Shown here: positions 40,750-50,743 of the stretch, piece by piece
Layout: each line of letters begins with the position of its first letter
How positions within the stretch are numbered: position 1 is the first letter of the stretch
From: Desulfobacterales bacterium
Lineage (GTDB): Bacteria; Desulfobacterota; Desulfobacteria; Desulfobacterales; UBA5852
NCBI GenBank assembly: GCA_963674755.2
Contig: CAXXVS010000003.1
Coordinates: 224,001-288,000, forward strand
Direction: 5' to 3'
Length of the DNA: 64,000 nt
Notes under the pieces: model-generated
Database searches by the model: none
What the model was told of the DNA's origin: nothing
The model's input: only the letters and a program-made list of their open reading frames with translations
Position numbers and translations under genes: made by a program

Positions 40750-41454
40750 ATGAAATACCAAGCTTGGGTTGGCTTTATCGCGCTGGTCGTCACCTGCACG
40801 CCGGTGGCGGGTCTATGCGCCGGAAATACACTTATTGACGCGGCGAACTTGATGGATCAGGGGCAAACGGCGGAAGCCCTTCAGCTATTCGAGAAGCTGG
40901 CGGCCGAAGGGGACGACCGGGCCATGGTGCTGTTGGGCGTCTATTACTACCAGGGGGACAAGGTGCAACAGGACTATGACAAGGCCATGGACTGGTTTCT
41001 GCGCGCCTTCGCACGCCAAAATGCCGCGGCCTTCGTCTATCTTGGCGCCATGCACTACGAGGGGCATGGTGTACCGCAGAACAAAAAAATCGCCTACTGC
41101 GTCTTCCTGACAACCCATATGGGCGGATTGGGTTCACAAACGACACAGCTTCGTTCAAATCGCTATTTAAGACGAATTTTAAACGAGCTGTCCCAGGAAG
41201 ATGTCAAGGATTGCCTTTCGCACTATACCCGGGGCTGCATTAGGGCCTATCTCGATCAAAAGGAAACGCTGGTCTTCAGCCTCGACCATCCGGTCAACCC
41301 GGTGTCCTGCGACTGGAACGAATGGCAGCAACCGGCCTACGCCCTGAAAAACAAAATGGAGAGTTTTGCGCTTCTTCATGGCAAAGAGCCACGCAGCAAG
41401 ACGACTGATCTGCCGGCGAATTCACCGGAACTGCGGTTCAGGGTTGAAAAGTAA
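40750..41454 (+). CDS. Secreted Sel1-repeat protein (C-terminus possibly chimeric)
   Basis: Signal peptide, LGVYYYQG..V.QDY.KA..W and LGAMHYEGHGVPQN repeats. Confidence 0.75.
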   Translation: MKYQAWVGFIALVVTCTPVAGLCAGNTLIDAANLMDQGQTAEALQLFEKLAAEGDDRAMVLLGVYYYQGDKVQQDYDKAMDWFLRAFARQNAAAFVYLGAMHYEGHGVPQNKKIAYCVFLTTHMGGLGSQTTQLRSNRYLRRILNELSQEDVKDCLSHYTRGCIRAYLDQKETLVFSLDHPVNPVSCDWNEWQQPAYALKNKMESFALLHGKEPRSKTTDLPANSPELRFRVEK

Positions 41455-41885
41455 TAACGGCGGTGGACAACTCATGATCTTCAGGTACAGGCGGCAGGAC
41501 GATCAACTTGAACTGACGCCCATCACCTGGAAAGGCCCTCAGCCCGAGGGCGCGACCACCTGGATGCTGTCATTGGCAAACAAGGGCACCGATACCAGCC
41601 CTTGATCGACTGAAAAATCCGATCAGCCCATCGGGGGCGCCAAAACCTCACGTCGCCTCCGATGCCGCCCTATGGACAATCGGCCGAATTAGCCCCTAAA
41701 ACACAATTTTTTTAAAAATATTTGCGATATTGCTTGCTTTGTTGACCAAGAAGGCCTATGTTGGACGCCTCAACAAGGCCCGTCAGGTGTTGGCGGGCTG
41801 ACAGCATTCTGAAGGACAGTACCATTGACAAGATGGCATCCTCCAGCAGGCGACGTTGAAAACTCTAAGAAAGGAGAATGGTATC

Positions 41886-42086
41886 ATGGCTAATGGCACT
41901 GTTAAGTGGTTCAACGATCAAAAAGGATTCGGTTTCATTGAGCAGGAAGACGGACCGGATGTATTCGTTCATCATTCCGCCATCAATGCGACCGGTTTCA
42001 AATCCCTCAGCGAGGGCGACCGTGTGACGTTTGACGTTCAGCAGGGACCGAAGGGTCCGGCTGCCGCCAACGTGACCCGGGTCTAG
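41886..42086 (+). CDS. Cold-shock protein (CspA family)
   Basis: GTVKWFN.KGFGFI, DVFVH.SAI, GPKGPAA.NV, AAGGAG RBS. Confidence 0.97.
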   Translation: MANGTVKWFNDQKGFGFIEQEDGPDVFVHHSAINATGFKSLSEGDRVTFDVQQGPKGPAAANVTRV

Positions 42087-42103
42087 TTACCCGCCTGATT
42101 CGT

Positions 42104-42149
42104 AAAAGAGGCATTTCTTCGCTGGTTGAAGAAATGCCTCTTTTTTTTT
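42104..42149 (+). terminator. Intrinsic terminator after the csp gene
   Basis: AAAAGAGGCATTTCTTC...GAAGAAATGCCTCTTTT followed by a T run. Confidence 0.8.
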
Positions 42150-42185
42150 CCTTCCCCCCCATTCCTGCATCAAGGAGGCTGCCCA

Positions 42186-42383
42186 TTGGCAAGAACAAAC
42201 TTTTCCTTTAAAAAACGACAGAAAGAACTTGAACGTCAGAAAAAACAGGAAGAAAAACGACAGCGGCGACTGGCCAAGAAAGAGGCCAAACTTGACGATG
42301 AATCCGTTCAACCCGATGGAGCGGAGCCACTTGCCGCGGAAGAAGAAAGGCCTCAAGATGAGAATGCCCCTGACACACCATAA
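42186..42383 (+). CDS. Small basic coiled-coil protein, 65 aa, TTG start
   Basis: AAGGAGG RBS, then ARTNFSFKKRQKELERQKKQEEKRQRR and an acidic tail. Confidence 0.7.
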   Translation: MARTNFSFKKRQKELERQKKQEEKRQRRLAKKEAKLDDESVQPDGAEPLAAEEERPQDENAPDTP

Positions 42384-42819
42384 ACCTTCCTAATGCCACC
42401 ATCGTCCCCTCTGCCCGGCGGGATGTCGCTTATCCGCCATGAACATCTGGTAGGACGTGTTACCGCCGCTGCCCATTATCCTGCCTGAAAAGCCCAATTC
42501 GACCCGGGTGCTTACTTCGATCCACATCCCCCTTCGGGACTGACAAGGGCTTCGCCCTTGTCGGCCAGGGTATCTTTCATAGCGATTTCCTTGGCCAAGT
42601 CCAGTATCCCTCCGATGATAGCTTTTGGTTCCTGGCCCCGCCGCACAATGCGGAATTTCACATCTGATCTGTAACCCATCGATGTTCAACAAGCCGTCGC
42701 CGACTGGCGCCCACAGGCGTAGGCCGGCTTGTCCGCCAAAGGTGGATTGATCCTTTTTCGGGAACCCGGTCCACCGGCGGCGGGCCAAGGGCCAAAAGAT
42801 ACCGCCTCTGGACGGACAC

Positions 42820-45800
42820 TCAGGCAAACTGCTGCAGGGTCTTCAGATAATCCGGATAGCAGGACAGGTAAAAGGACAGGGCGCGGGCGAAATCATGGCC
42901 GAGAACGCCATCGATGAACATCTGGCTGATTTCCTTTTGGCGCAGGAGGGTACTCTGGGAGGTGATCAGGATATGGCGCTCCTCTTCGGTGAGGGTTCCC
43001 AGGAGCTGCTTGAAGGCGCTGCGCGACCGGGGCTGATAGAGCCAGAAATACAGGAAATCCAGGGCGTGGATCATGAGGATGCGCTCCAGGTCCTGGGCCT
43101 CGGCATTGATCCGTTCCTGATGCTGGGCCGGTTTTTCAAGTAGCTCCACGGTGCGCGCCTCCGGAAAGAGCAGCTCCATCTGCGCGTAAATTCCTAGCAG
43201 GGCCGAGAGCTTCTTGCGGTATTCCCGCGAGCGTAGCTGGATGTTCTTGAAGCGGTCGGCCGTACCTTCGATGATGCCGGCCACCATGTCGGAAGCGGTT
43301 TTGCTGATTACGGCGGCCCATTTCTGGAGCACCAGATCCACGGCGGCGATACCCCCGTAAGTCAGCAGGTTTCCCAGCAAAAGGTTGAACAGGATCGCGA
43401 TGGGAATGGAAAGCACACTCCGGAAAAAGTTGCCCAGCACCGCTCCCCGGGGCAGGCCCCGGAAGGCATTGTGGCTGGACAGATAGACCCCGTTGGTCAG
43501 GGCCATGACCGTATAGAGGGCCACCGGTTGCGTCGTGGTGTTAATACCGAAAAGATGATCCAGAACCACGGTCTTGGTCAGGTAATCGAGCAGCGGCACC
43601 GAAAACCCGGTAAACAGCAGGGAATCGGCGATGCGGTCCCAGCTCACATAGGCGTTCCAGCGCAGCAGGGGGGAGCGGCGCAGACCGCCGCCCCCCAGTA
43701 CGGACTGGAGGATATTGCGCAACCCGGTGATGCCGAACCAGATGAAGGCCCCCAAATAGGCCAGCAGCCACCAGTCTTTGGTCAGGGCAAAGGTGGCGAA
43801 GGCCGGAATGAACCCGATCAGCACTTTGATGCAGTTGCGAAGATCGGAATTGAGATAGGTCCAGGACAGGCCCGGCTTTCCGGAATCCTGGTGCGGAGGC
43901 TTGAGGTGCAGCTGATTGTCGACTTTCGTTTGTACCCCGCCCAGGGTGACGATATTGCCCTGGGGCGTCATGCGGGCGGCATCCCCCTGCACCGCCCAAT
44001 CCACGATGCGGTCATGGCCGAGGTGGCGCAGACCGGGCAGCCAGGCGCTCAGACGGTGGGCTGAACGATGACGGCTGTTGGCCTCCCTGCGGGGCACCAG
44101 AGTGATGCGCTTGTGGACGGGAAGGCGCATGGGAATCATGGCGCGCCCCTCCCCGATATCGTGCTTGATCCTTCCCAGCGCCCTGCGGGTCAGGCTGTCG
44201 ACCACCGCCAGCCCCATCCCATGCACGCGCAGGGTCTGTCCGGTGGAATCGCTGCCAATGCGCGCCTTGAGCGGCCTGTCTTTGTAGTAAGACAAAAGGC
44301 CGATGATGTCGTGCAGAATATACGTCAGCTTCTCCACCCGGTCGGACGTCAGGAGACGGTTTTTTTCACGGTGCTCGGCATTGGCGATGTACTCGAGGAT
44401 GATCCGTTTCAGAGCAATGGGGTTCTGGTCGTTGATGGCCTCCTGGAGATGACTGATGGCCTCGATATGGTCAGTTTTGGACGAGGCCCAGTCCTTGAGA
44501 TTGAAGATTTCCAGCCGGGAAATCATCCCATCGCAATCATAGAGCAGCTCAAGAACATCTTCCGGGCGCAGGCGGGTCAGGTTGAGGGTTACCCGGTAGC
44601 CTGACTGGAGTCCGGCCAGACGGTCCAGCAGCGCTTTGGGTGCCAGAATCAGTTCGGCCAGGGTTTTATCGGACTGGCCGGGCACCATGGGACTGGGAAT
44701 GCGCGGGTTGTTGGACGGTTTCAGATACCGCCCCACCAGGGCTTCCAGGTCGATCCCGTTCCACTTTTGGAACCACTCCTCGATGGATTCCCGCGCCTGC
44801 GCGTCCGCCGTCGGATAGCGTTCCCGCAGCTGATCGGCTTTGATGTGCAGGGCGGCGTAAATCTTCTTCTCAATAAACTTTTTCAGATGCAGGATCGAAC
44901 GCTGTCCGGCCCCGACGAAATCTTGAAAATCCTGGATGTCCACGGGTTCCAGGCCGATGTCGTATTCCCGGCGCAGGCGCTCCCGATGGGTCTCGTTGAA
45001 GGCCTCCAGCAAGGCGGTGACGTAGGCCTGCTGGTAGCGTGACAACAGCCGGCCCTCCCGCATCAGCCGGCTGACCCCCGGTTCCTCGAGAAAGCACAAA
45101 AACGCCTGGGCGTCCGCAAACCCCCGGGGTGTCCAGATCATCTGGATCAGGCGGTTGCGAAAGCGGGCCGGGAATTCGATGCCGATGCGCACATGGATGC
45201 CCAGAATCTCCGCCGCTTCCAGGAGTTCGGCGGCAAAGCGGGGCTCGATGTAGTTGTAGTAGACCACCCGCAGCCGCCGGATGCCCTTGATCCAGGCGTC
45301 CATGATCAGATGGGTGGACGACTTGCGCCCTTTGGTGTTGACGTCGTGCACGTGATCGTCGAAGGTGACCTGGTTCCACTCCTCCGGCATTTCCAGCAGG
45401 TGGTAGCGTCGCAATTGTTTTCGTACGGAACGGGGCCGCCCGGAGGCCGTAATCCGGAAATCGTGGGCCAGCTTGAGCTGGCGATACTGGTCGCCCCGGG
45501 CCCGCACCAGTTCCTTCATGATCTGCAGCAGGACGCGGGCCGTATTCTTCGGCAGGGAGCCTTCGGCCGTATCCAGCAGCTCGTCTTTGAGAGCCCGCAG
45601 GGCGCTGAGCCGATCGTCCATCCGGCCCATTTCCAGGGACGTCAGAAGGTGCACCATGGCGTAGGCGATGCGCAGGCTGCGGGACTCGGCCATCTCCTTG
45701 ATACCGTGGGGATGAAAATAGCCGTAGTACTGCTTGCGGGCATAACTCAGGTCACGGGCCTGCTGGATAACGGCGTTGATAATATTGATCAGCTCGGTGT

Positions 45801-45909
45801 CGCGCCGGTCGAAGAGCAGCCGGGATATCCGGGGCGGCGGCGAATCGGCCGGGCCTGTGGGGGGGCCAATGGGCAGACTGTTTTTGGGCGATGGTATCTG
45901 ATGGAGCAT
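42820..45909 (-). CDS. Large membrane protein with a PHP-like metallophosphoesterase domain
   Basis: 1029-aa ORF with DDHVHD..TKG, RIGIEF and IGSDS motifs and several C-terminal TM helices. Confidence 0.7.
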   Translation of the reverse strand: MLHQIPSPKNSLPIGPPTGPADSPPPRISRLLFDRRDTELINIINAVIQQARDLSYARKQYYGYFHPHGIKEMAESRSLRIAYAMVHLLTSLEMGRMDDRLSALRALKDELLDTAEGSLPKNTARVLLQIMKELVRARGDQYRQLKLAHDFRITASGRPRSVRKQLRRYHLLEMPEEWNQVTFDDHVHDVNTKGRKSSTHLIMDAWIKGIRRLRVVYYNYIEPRFAAELLEAAEILGIHVRIGIEFPARFRNRLIQMIWTPRGFADAQAFLCFLEEPGVSRLMREGRLLSRYQQAYVTALLEAFNETHRERLRREYDIGLEPVDIQDFQDFVGAGQRSILHLKKFIEKKIYAALHIKADQLRERYPTADAQARESIEEWFQKWNGIDLEALVGRYLKPSNNPRIPSPMVPGQSDKTLAELILAPKALLDRLAGLQSGYRVTLNLTRLRPEDVLELLYDCDGMISRLEIFNLKDWASSKTDHIEAISHLQEAINDQNPIALKRIILEYIANAEHREKNRLLTSDRVEKLTYILHDIIGLLSYYKDRPLKARIGSDSTGQTLRVHGMGLAVVDSLTRRALGRIKHDIGEGRAMIPMRLPVHKRITLVPRREANSRHRSAHRLSAWLPGLRHLGHDRIVDWAVQGDAARMTPQGNIVTLGGVQTKVDNQLHLKPPHQDSGKPGLSWTYLNSDLRNCIKVLIGFIPAFATFALTKDWWLLAYLGAFIWFGITGLRNILQSVLGGGGLRRSPLLRWNAYVSWDRIADSLLFTGFSVPLLDYLTKTVVLDHLFGINTTTQPVALYTVMALTNGVYLSSHNAFRGLPRGAVLGNFFRSVLSIPIAILFNLLLGNLLTYGGIAAVDLVLQKWAAVISKTASDMVAGIIEGTADRFKNIQLRSREYRKKLSALLGIYAQMELLFPEARTVELLEKPAQHQERINAEAQDLERILMIHALDFLYFWLYQPRSRSAFKQLLGTLTEEERHILITSQSTLLRQKEISQMFIDGVLGHDFARALSFYLSCYPDYLKTLQQFA

Positions 45910-46216
45910 GGCAACTATCTTTAGGGCGTTGAAAACCGCATCGGACGCACTTGCTGACTTCCTTACAATGCCCTATACGCTAACATTTTTCTAACATTTC
46001 GCCAAGGTATCTCCCCATAAATGTCCCTGCCCAGCCGCCTTCAGAACCACGGCAGGTCGCGATTCGCTTGACGCTCCGGCTCAAAGTGGCCATATTGCCA
46101 AGGAATTTCATCCGCGGCCGGGCACGTTTCGATTGAGGCGCAAAGCAGCAGACCCGGCCGCCGATTCGCTTTCCCATAGGGATTCTCTCCCCCCAACTTT
46201 CAAACGGAGCGTCACT

Positions 46217-47482
46217 GTGACCAACCCGAAGCCACACGGCCGTTTTATCCCGTTCCGGAAATCGGATCTCGTCACCATGTGCCGGGACGCCGGACTGGTG
46301 CCCCGCCCGTATACAGACGATTTCGAGGATTTCCGCGCCATTCTGGAAGCCCTGCTTCATTTTGAATACCACCGACTGCTGGAATCCCTTAAAAACGCCT
46401 ATGCGCCCTTCAACCCGGATGCGGACACCCGGAGCATCCGGTCCGCTGATCCGGGACAGCACCGACAGGAGCAGAAGGAATTTGTCCGGGCCATGCACAC
46501 TTTGTTGAATGCCGCCAATTTCGAACCCATAACCGAGACCGATCTGAAGGAAGCTCTGGCCGAGGAGTCCTTGTTTAAAATCCGGCTGGAGGTGGATTTC
46601 GACGATTTCGAAGAAGTGCTTTTTTTTCGGCGGGGGGCCCATCAGCGCCGGGAAACGCTGGTATCCTTGGCCGGCCTGAGAAAAACGCCCGTGACCTTTA
46701 CGAATTACGACCGGGTGGTGGTCTACATCCAATTCAAGAAGGCCCCCTATTTCGAAGCGGCCGGCCGGCGCCGCCTGCCGTTCAGGCCCGGGGCGACCGT
46801 GATCAAACTCTTCCAGAACGTGCCCAAGGCCGACCTGGAAATGCTCTTCCCCAACAGCGAAATCCGCATGAAGACCATCGACAAGCTGATCATCGGGATC
46901 CCGGCCGCCGTAAGTGGGACGGTCGTCGTGGTCACCAAGCTGGGCGCCTCCCTGGCGCTGGTGGGCTCGCTGGTGGCATTCTGGCTGGGGCTGCGCCCGA
47001 CCGCCGTGGACATCCAGCAGGGCCACCTGGTGGCTCTGGGCCTGGGACTGGCCACTCTGGGCGGGTTTTTGTTCAAGCAGTTCAATAAATTTAAAAACCG
47101 CAAACTACGCTTCATGAAGGCTCTGGCGGAAAATCTCTACTTCAAGAACCTGGACAACAATGCCGGGGTCTTCCATCACTTGATCGATGCGGCCGAAGAG
47201 GAAGAGTTCAAGGAAGCCCTGCTGGCCTACCTCTTTTTAGCGCAGAATGAAACAGGACTCACCCGCGCGCAACTGGACGCCGCTGTCGAGGATTGGCTGG
47301 CAAAGGATTGGGATTGTACCATCGACTTCGAGGTGGATGATGCCCTGGCCAAGCTGGAGCGCTGGGGTCTCGTGCAAAAGCGCAACGGCCATCTGGCAGC
47401 ACTTCCCCTGCCGGAGGCCAAAGCCTGCCTGGATAAGCGGTGGGACAATTTCTTCGCTTTCCAGGAATCCAAATCGCCTTGA
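46217..47482 (+). CDS. TMEM143/DUF3754-family membrane protein
   Basis: RFIPF.K, Y.PFNPD.D, KLFQNVPKADLEMLFPN, LYFKNLDNNAGV, AEEEEFKE.LLAY, DFEVDDAL.KL. Confidence 0.85.
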   Translation: MTNPKPHGRFIPFRKSDLVTMCRDAGLVPRPYTDDFEDFRAILEALLHFEYHRLLESLKNAYAPFNPDADTRSIRSADPGQHRQEQKEFVRAMHTLLNAANFEPITETDLKEALAEESLFKIRLEVDFDDFEEVLFFRRGAHQRRETLVSLAGLRKTPVTFTNYDRVVVYIQFKKAPYFEAAGRRRLPFRPGATVIKLFQNVPKADLEMLFPNSEIRMKTIDKLIIGIPAAVSGTVVVVTKLGASLALVGSLVAFWLGLRPTAVDIQQGHLVALGLGLATLGGFLFKQFNKFKNRKLRFMKALAENLYFKNLDNNAGVFHHLIDAAEEEEFKEALLAYLFLAQNETGLTRAQLDAAVEDWLAKDWDCTIDFEVDDALAKLERWGLVQKRNGHLAALPLPEAKACLDKRWDNFFAFQESKSP

Positions 47483-47503
47483 CGACGGAACCCTTCTTCC
47501 AGC

Positions 47504-48943
47504 CTACAGCCAGCGCATCTTCAATAGCGCCTTGAATATCCACCCAAACACGTTGCCGTAAGGCGGGTAGAGAAAGGCCGCCCCCAGCGGCCGGGCCGCC
47601 TGGCGGAAGACCGGCCGCAGCTTGGAGAATTCGGCAAAGCCTTCATAGCCGTGATACTGGCCCATGCCGCTGTTGCCGATGCCGCCGAAAGGCATATCGT
47701 GCTGGGCCACGTGCATGGCGCAGTCGTTGATGCCGACCCCGCCGGACATGGTGCCGGCCACAACGGTCTCCTGGGCCTTCTCGTCGTTGGTGAAAAGGTA
47801 GAGCGCCAGGGGCCGCTCGCCGGCATTGATATAGGCGATAGCCTCGTCCAGGGTCCGGTAGGTTTTAATGGGCAGCACAGGGCCAAAGATTTCGTGCTGC
47901 ATGACCTCCATGGCATCGGTTACATGGGTCAGTATCGTCGGCGGAATCTTTCTTGATTGGGGATCCGGGTCCGTCCCTTCCAGCAGGTTAATGACCGTCG
48001 CCCCTTTGGCGCGGGCGTCATCAAGCACTCCGGTCAGCCGCTGGTAGCTGCGTTCATTGATGATGCTGGTGTAGTCCGGCGTCTCCAAACGGGGATAGCG
48101 GCGCTGAACGATGGGTCCGGCCGCGGCCACGAAGGCGTCGACTTTATCTTCCGGAATCAGGAGGTAGTCCGGCGCCACGCAGGTCTGGCCGGCATTCATG
48201 TATTTGGTGTGCAGGATCCGCTCGGCCGCCGTACGGATGTCGAAATCATCGGCAATCAGGGTGGGCGACTTACCCCCCAGCTCCAGGGTCACCGGCGTCA
48301 GGTTGTCGCCGGCGGTCTTCATGACGGTCCGGCCCGAAGTCGGGGAACCCGTGAACACGAGGTGATCGAAGGGCAGGGGCGTAAACGTCTGGGCCGAAAC
48401 CCCGGGCAGCACCGCCACCAGCTCTTCCGGGAAAACAGGGGCCAGGAGGTCGTGCAGCAGGCGGCAAAGCCGCTGGGAATGGGCGGCCATTTTGATCATG
48501 CAGCGGTTGCCGGCGGCCAGGGCGCTGGTCAGGGGACTGATCACCAGGAAAAGGGGATAGTTCCAGGGCGCGATAATGCCCACCACCCCTTTGGGCTGGG
48601 GGATGACCCGGTTGCGGGCCCCGAAAAACAGCAGCGAAACATGGCGCCGCTTGGGTTTCATCCATTTTTTAAGGTGCCGGCGAGTGAAACGCAAGCCGTC
48701 GATGGCCGGGAAAAGTTCCAGAATTTTGGTTTCATGGATCGAACGATTGCCGAAATCCCTGGAAATGGCCTCGGCAATGGCGTCCTGATTGGCGATCAGA
48801 ACGGCCTCGAGCTTTTCCAGAATGGCGCGCCGCGCCTCAAGGGACAGGGGTGGCTCCGACAAGTAAGCAGCTTTCTGGCGCTTAAAAACAGCGCGGGCGC
48901 GGTTGTCTTCAGTTATGGGCAGCACCTTGGCAGCTTCCGCCAT
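47504..48943 (-). CDS. Coniferyl-aldehyde-dehydrogenase-like NAD(P)-dependent ALDH
   Basis: PWNYP, FTGS, LELGGKSP, NAGQTCVAPDY, EIFGP, PFGGIGNSGMG.YHG. Confidence 0.92.
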   Translation of the reverse strand: MAEAAKVLPITEDNRARAVFKRQKAAYLSEPPLSLEARRAILEKLEAVLIANQDAIAEAISRDFGNRSIHETKILELFPAIDGLRFTRRHLKKWMKPKRRHVSLLFFGARNRVIPQPKGVVGIIAPWNYPLFLVISPLTSALAAGNRCMIKMAAHSQRLCRLLHDLLAPVFPEELVAVLPGVSAQTFTPLPFDHLVFTGSPTSGRTVMKTAGDNLTPVTLELGGKSPTLIADDFDIRTAAERILHTKYMNAGQTCVAPDYLLIPEDKVDAFVAAAGPIVQRRYPRLETPDYTSIINERSYQRLTGVLDDARAKGATVINLLEGTDPDPQSRKIPPTILTHVTDAMEVMQHEIFGPVLPIKTYRTLDEAIAYINAGERPLALYLFTNDEKAQETVVAGTMSGGVGINDCAMHVAQHDMPFGGIGNSGMGQYHGYEGFAEFSKLRPVFRQAARPLGAAFLYPPYGNVFGWIFKALLKMRWL

Positions 48944-49059
48944 GGCATCATCCTCCGTCGATATGATCGTTGACGTTTATGATTAAGGCTACTTCCCGGT
49001 CCCATCTAGGGAGGCGCAACCAGGTCTGTTGCCAGCACCCGCCCGCCCCCACGGGGCCC

Positions 49060-50487
49060 TCAATTCTGGTTGATCACGACCATTTTAAGGGTTGTCATGT
49101 CCTCGATGGCAAACCGCACACCTTCCCGCCCCAGACCGCTGCGCTTGTTGCCGCCATAGGGGAAATGATCCACCCGGAAAGTGGGGGTGTCGTTGATCAT
49201 AACGCCCCCCACGTCCAGGGCCTGCACGGCCCGCATGGCTTTGCGGATGTCATTGGTGTAGACCCCCGCCTGGAGCCCGTAGTCCGAGGCATTGATGCGC
49301 TCAAGGGCCGCATCGAAATCGTCGTAGGCCACGATGGAGACCACCGGGGCGAAGGTTTCCCGGCACATGACCTTCATGTCCTCGGTGACGTCCGTCAGCA
49401 CGGTGGGCTGGTACATGCGACCCTCCCCTCGGCCGCCCACGGCCACCGTCGCTCCCTGGGCCACGGCCTCCTGCACCCAGGCATCGATGCGCTCGACCTC
49501 CCGGGAGTCGATCATGGGGCCCACGTCGCAGTCCGGATCTAAGGGATCGCCCACCTTGAGGCCTTTTACCTTCGCCACGAAAAGGTCGCTAAAGGCCGCA
49601 GCGCAGGCCTGGTGGACATAGATGCGCTGCAGGGAAATGCAAACCTGGCCGGAATTGGCAAAGGCGCTCACCACACAGCGTTCGGCGGCCTTGGCCAGAT
49701 CCGCATCCGGTTCGATCAGGGTGGCGGAATTGTTGCCCAGTTCCAGGGTCACCTTTTTGATGCCGGCCTTGGCGATGATCTTCTCGCCCACATCGGCCGA
49801 ACCGGTGAAGGTAACCTTGCGGCAGGCCGGATGGGTAACCAGGGCGTCCCCCACCGCAGCGCCGGCTCCCACCACAATGTTGAGAACTCCCGGCGGCAAT
49901 CCGGCCGCCATGAGCAGCTCGCCCAGCTTCAGGGCCGAGAGGGGCGTTGCGGAGGCCGGCTTGAGAACCACCGTATTCCCGGCCGCCAGGGCCGGAGCTA
50001 CCTTGTGAGCCACCAGGTTCAGGGGGAAATTGAAGGGCGTGATGGCCACTACCACGCCCACGGGTTCCCGGAGGTAGTAGCCGATGCGGTTTTCACCGAA
50101 CCGGCTGGCATCCATGGGAATGGTCTCGCCGTGGATGCGTTTGGCCTCCTCGGCCGCAAACTTGAAGGTTTCCGAGCTGCGCTGCACTTCATTGAGGGCA
50201 AACTTGAAGGCTTTGCCGGTCTCCCGGCTGATGATCCCGGCCAGTTCTTCGGCCTGCTGCCAGAGCCCGGCGGCGACCGCTTCCAGAAGCGCGGCGCGGA
50301 CGTGGGCCGGCGTCTTCTTAAAGGAACCAAAGGCGCGCTCGGCCGCCGCGACCGCCCGTCGGGCCTCGGCGGCGTCCGCCCGGGCCACGGTGGCGATCAC
50401 CTCACCCGAATATTTATTGAACACTTCCAGACGGTGCCCGGTGTCAATCCATTGTCCGTCGATCAGGGTCTTGTAAAGCTGCGGCAT
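49060..50487 (-). CDS. Aldehyde dehydrogenase family protein
   Basis: PFNFP, FTGS, LELGNN, GQVCIS, ETFAP, YGLQAG. Confidence 0.93.
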   Translation of the reverse strand: MPQLYKTLIDGQWIDTGHRLEVFNKYSGEVIATVARADAAEARRAVAAAERAFGSFKKTPAHVRAALLEAVAAGLWQQAEELAGIISRETGKAFKFALNEVQRSSETFKFAAEEAKRIHGETIPMDASRFGENRIGYYLREPVGVVVAITPFNFPLNLVAHKVAPALAAGNTVVLKPASATPLSALKLGELLMAAGLPPGVLNIVVGAGAAVGDALVTHPACRKVTFTGSADVGEKIIAKAGIKKVTLELGNNSATLIEPDADLAKAAERCVVSAFANSGQVCISLQRIYVHQACAAAFSDLFVAKVKGLKVGDPLDPDCDVGPMIDSREVERIDAWVQEAVAQGATVAVGGRGEGRMYQPTVLTDVTEDMKVMCRETFAPVVSIVAYDDFDAALERINASDYGLQAGVYTNDIRKAMRAVQALDVGGVMINDTPTFRVDHFPYGGNKRSGLGREGVRFAIEDMTTLKMVVINQN

Positions 50488-50743
50488 GACGTTCCGTTCA
50501 TTGCGTAAGCGCCCCCGTTAAAATCGCGCTGCGTCCCGGCGCTGCCGGGGCTTGTGCACCGCCGTAAAGCGCGATTTTAACATGGGGCCTAATTTAAAGA
50601 TGGCAAGGGGAGAGCCTTCGGCAGGACGGGCGGGAACCGACGAAGCGGTCCGGTTCGTTCAAATGGTGACCTCACGAGGCCGCCCCGGCTGGCCGACCGG
50701 ATGCATCGGCCAGCGAACGGCATCGCAGTTGCGAACAGGACCG

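Noticed and set aside
50517..50581. Integron attC site
   Set aside because: The ends run GTT...AAC, the reverse of the RYYYAAC...GTTRRRY arrangement, and no integrase or cassette array is present.
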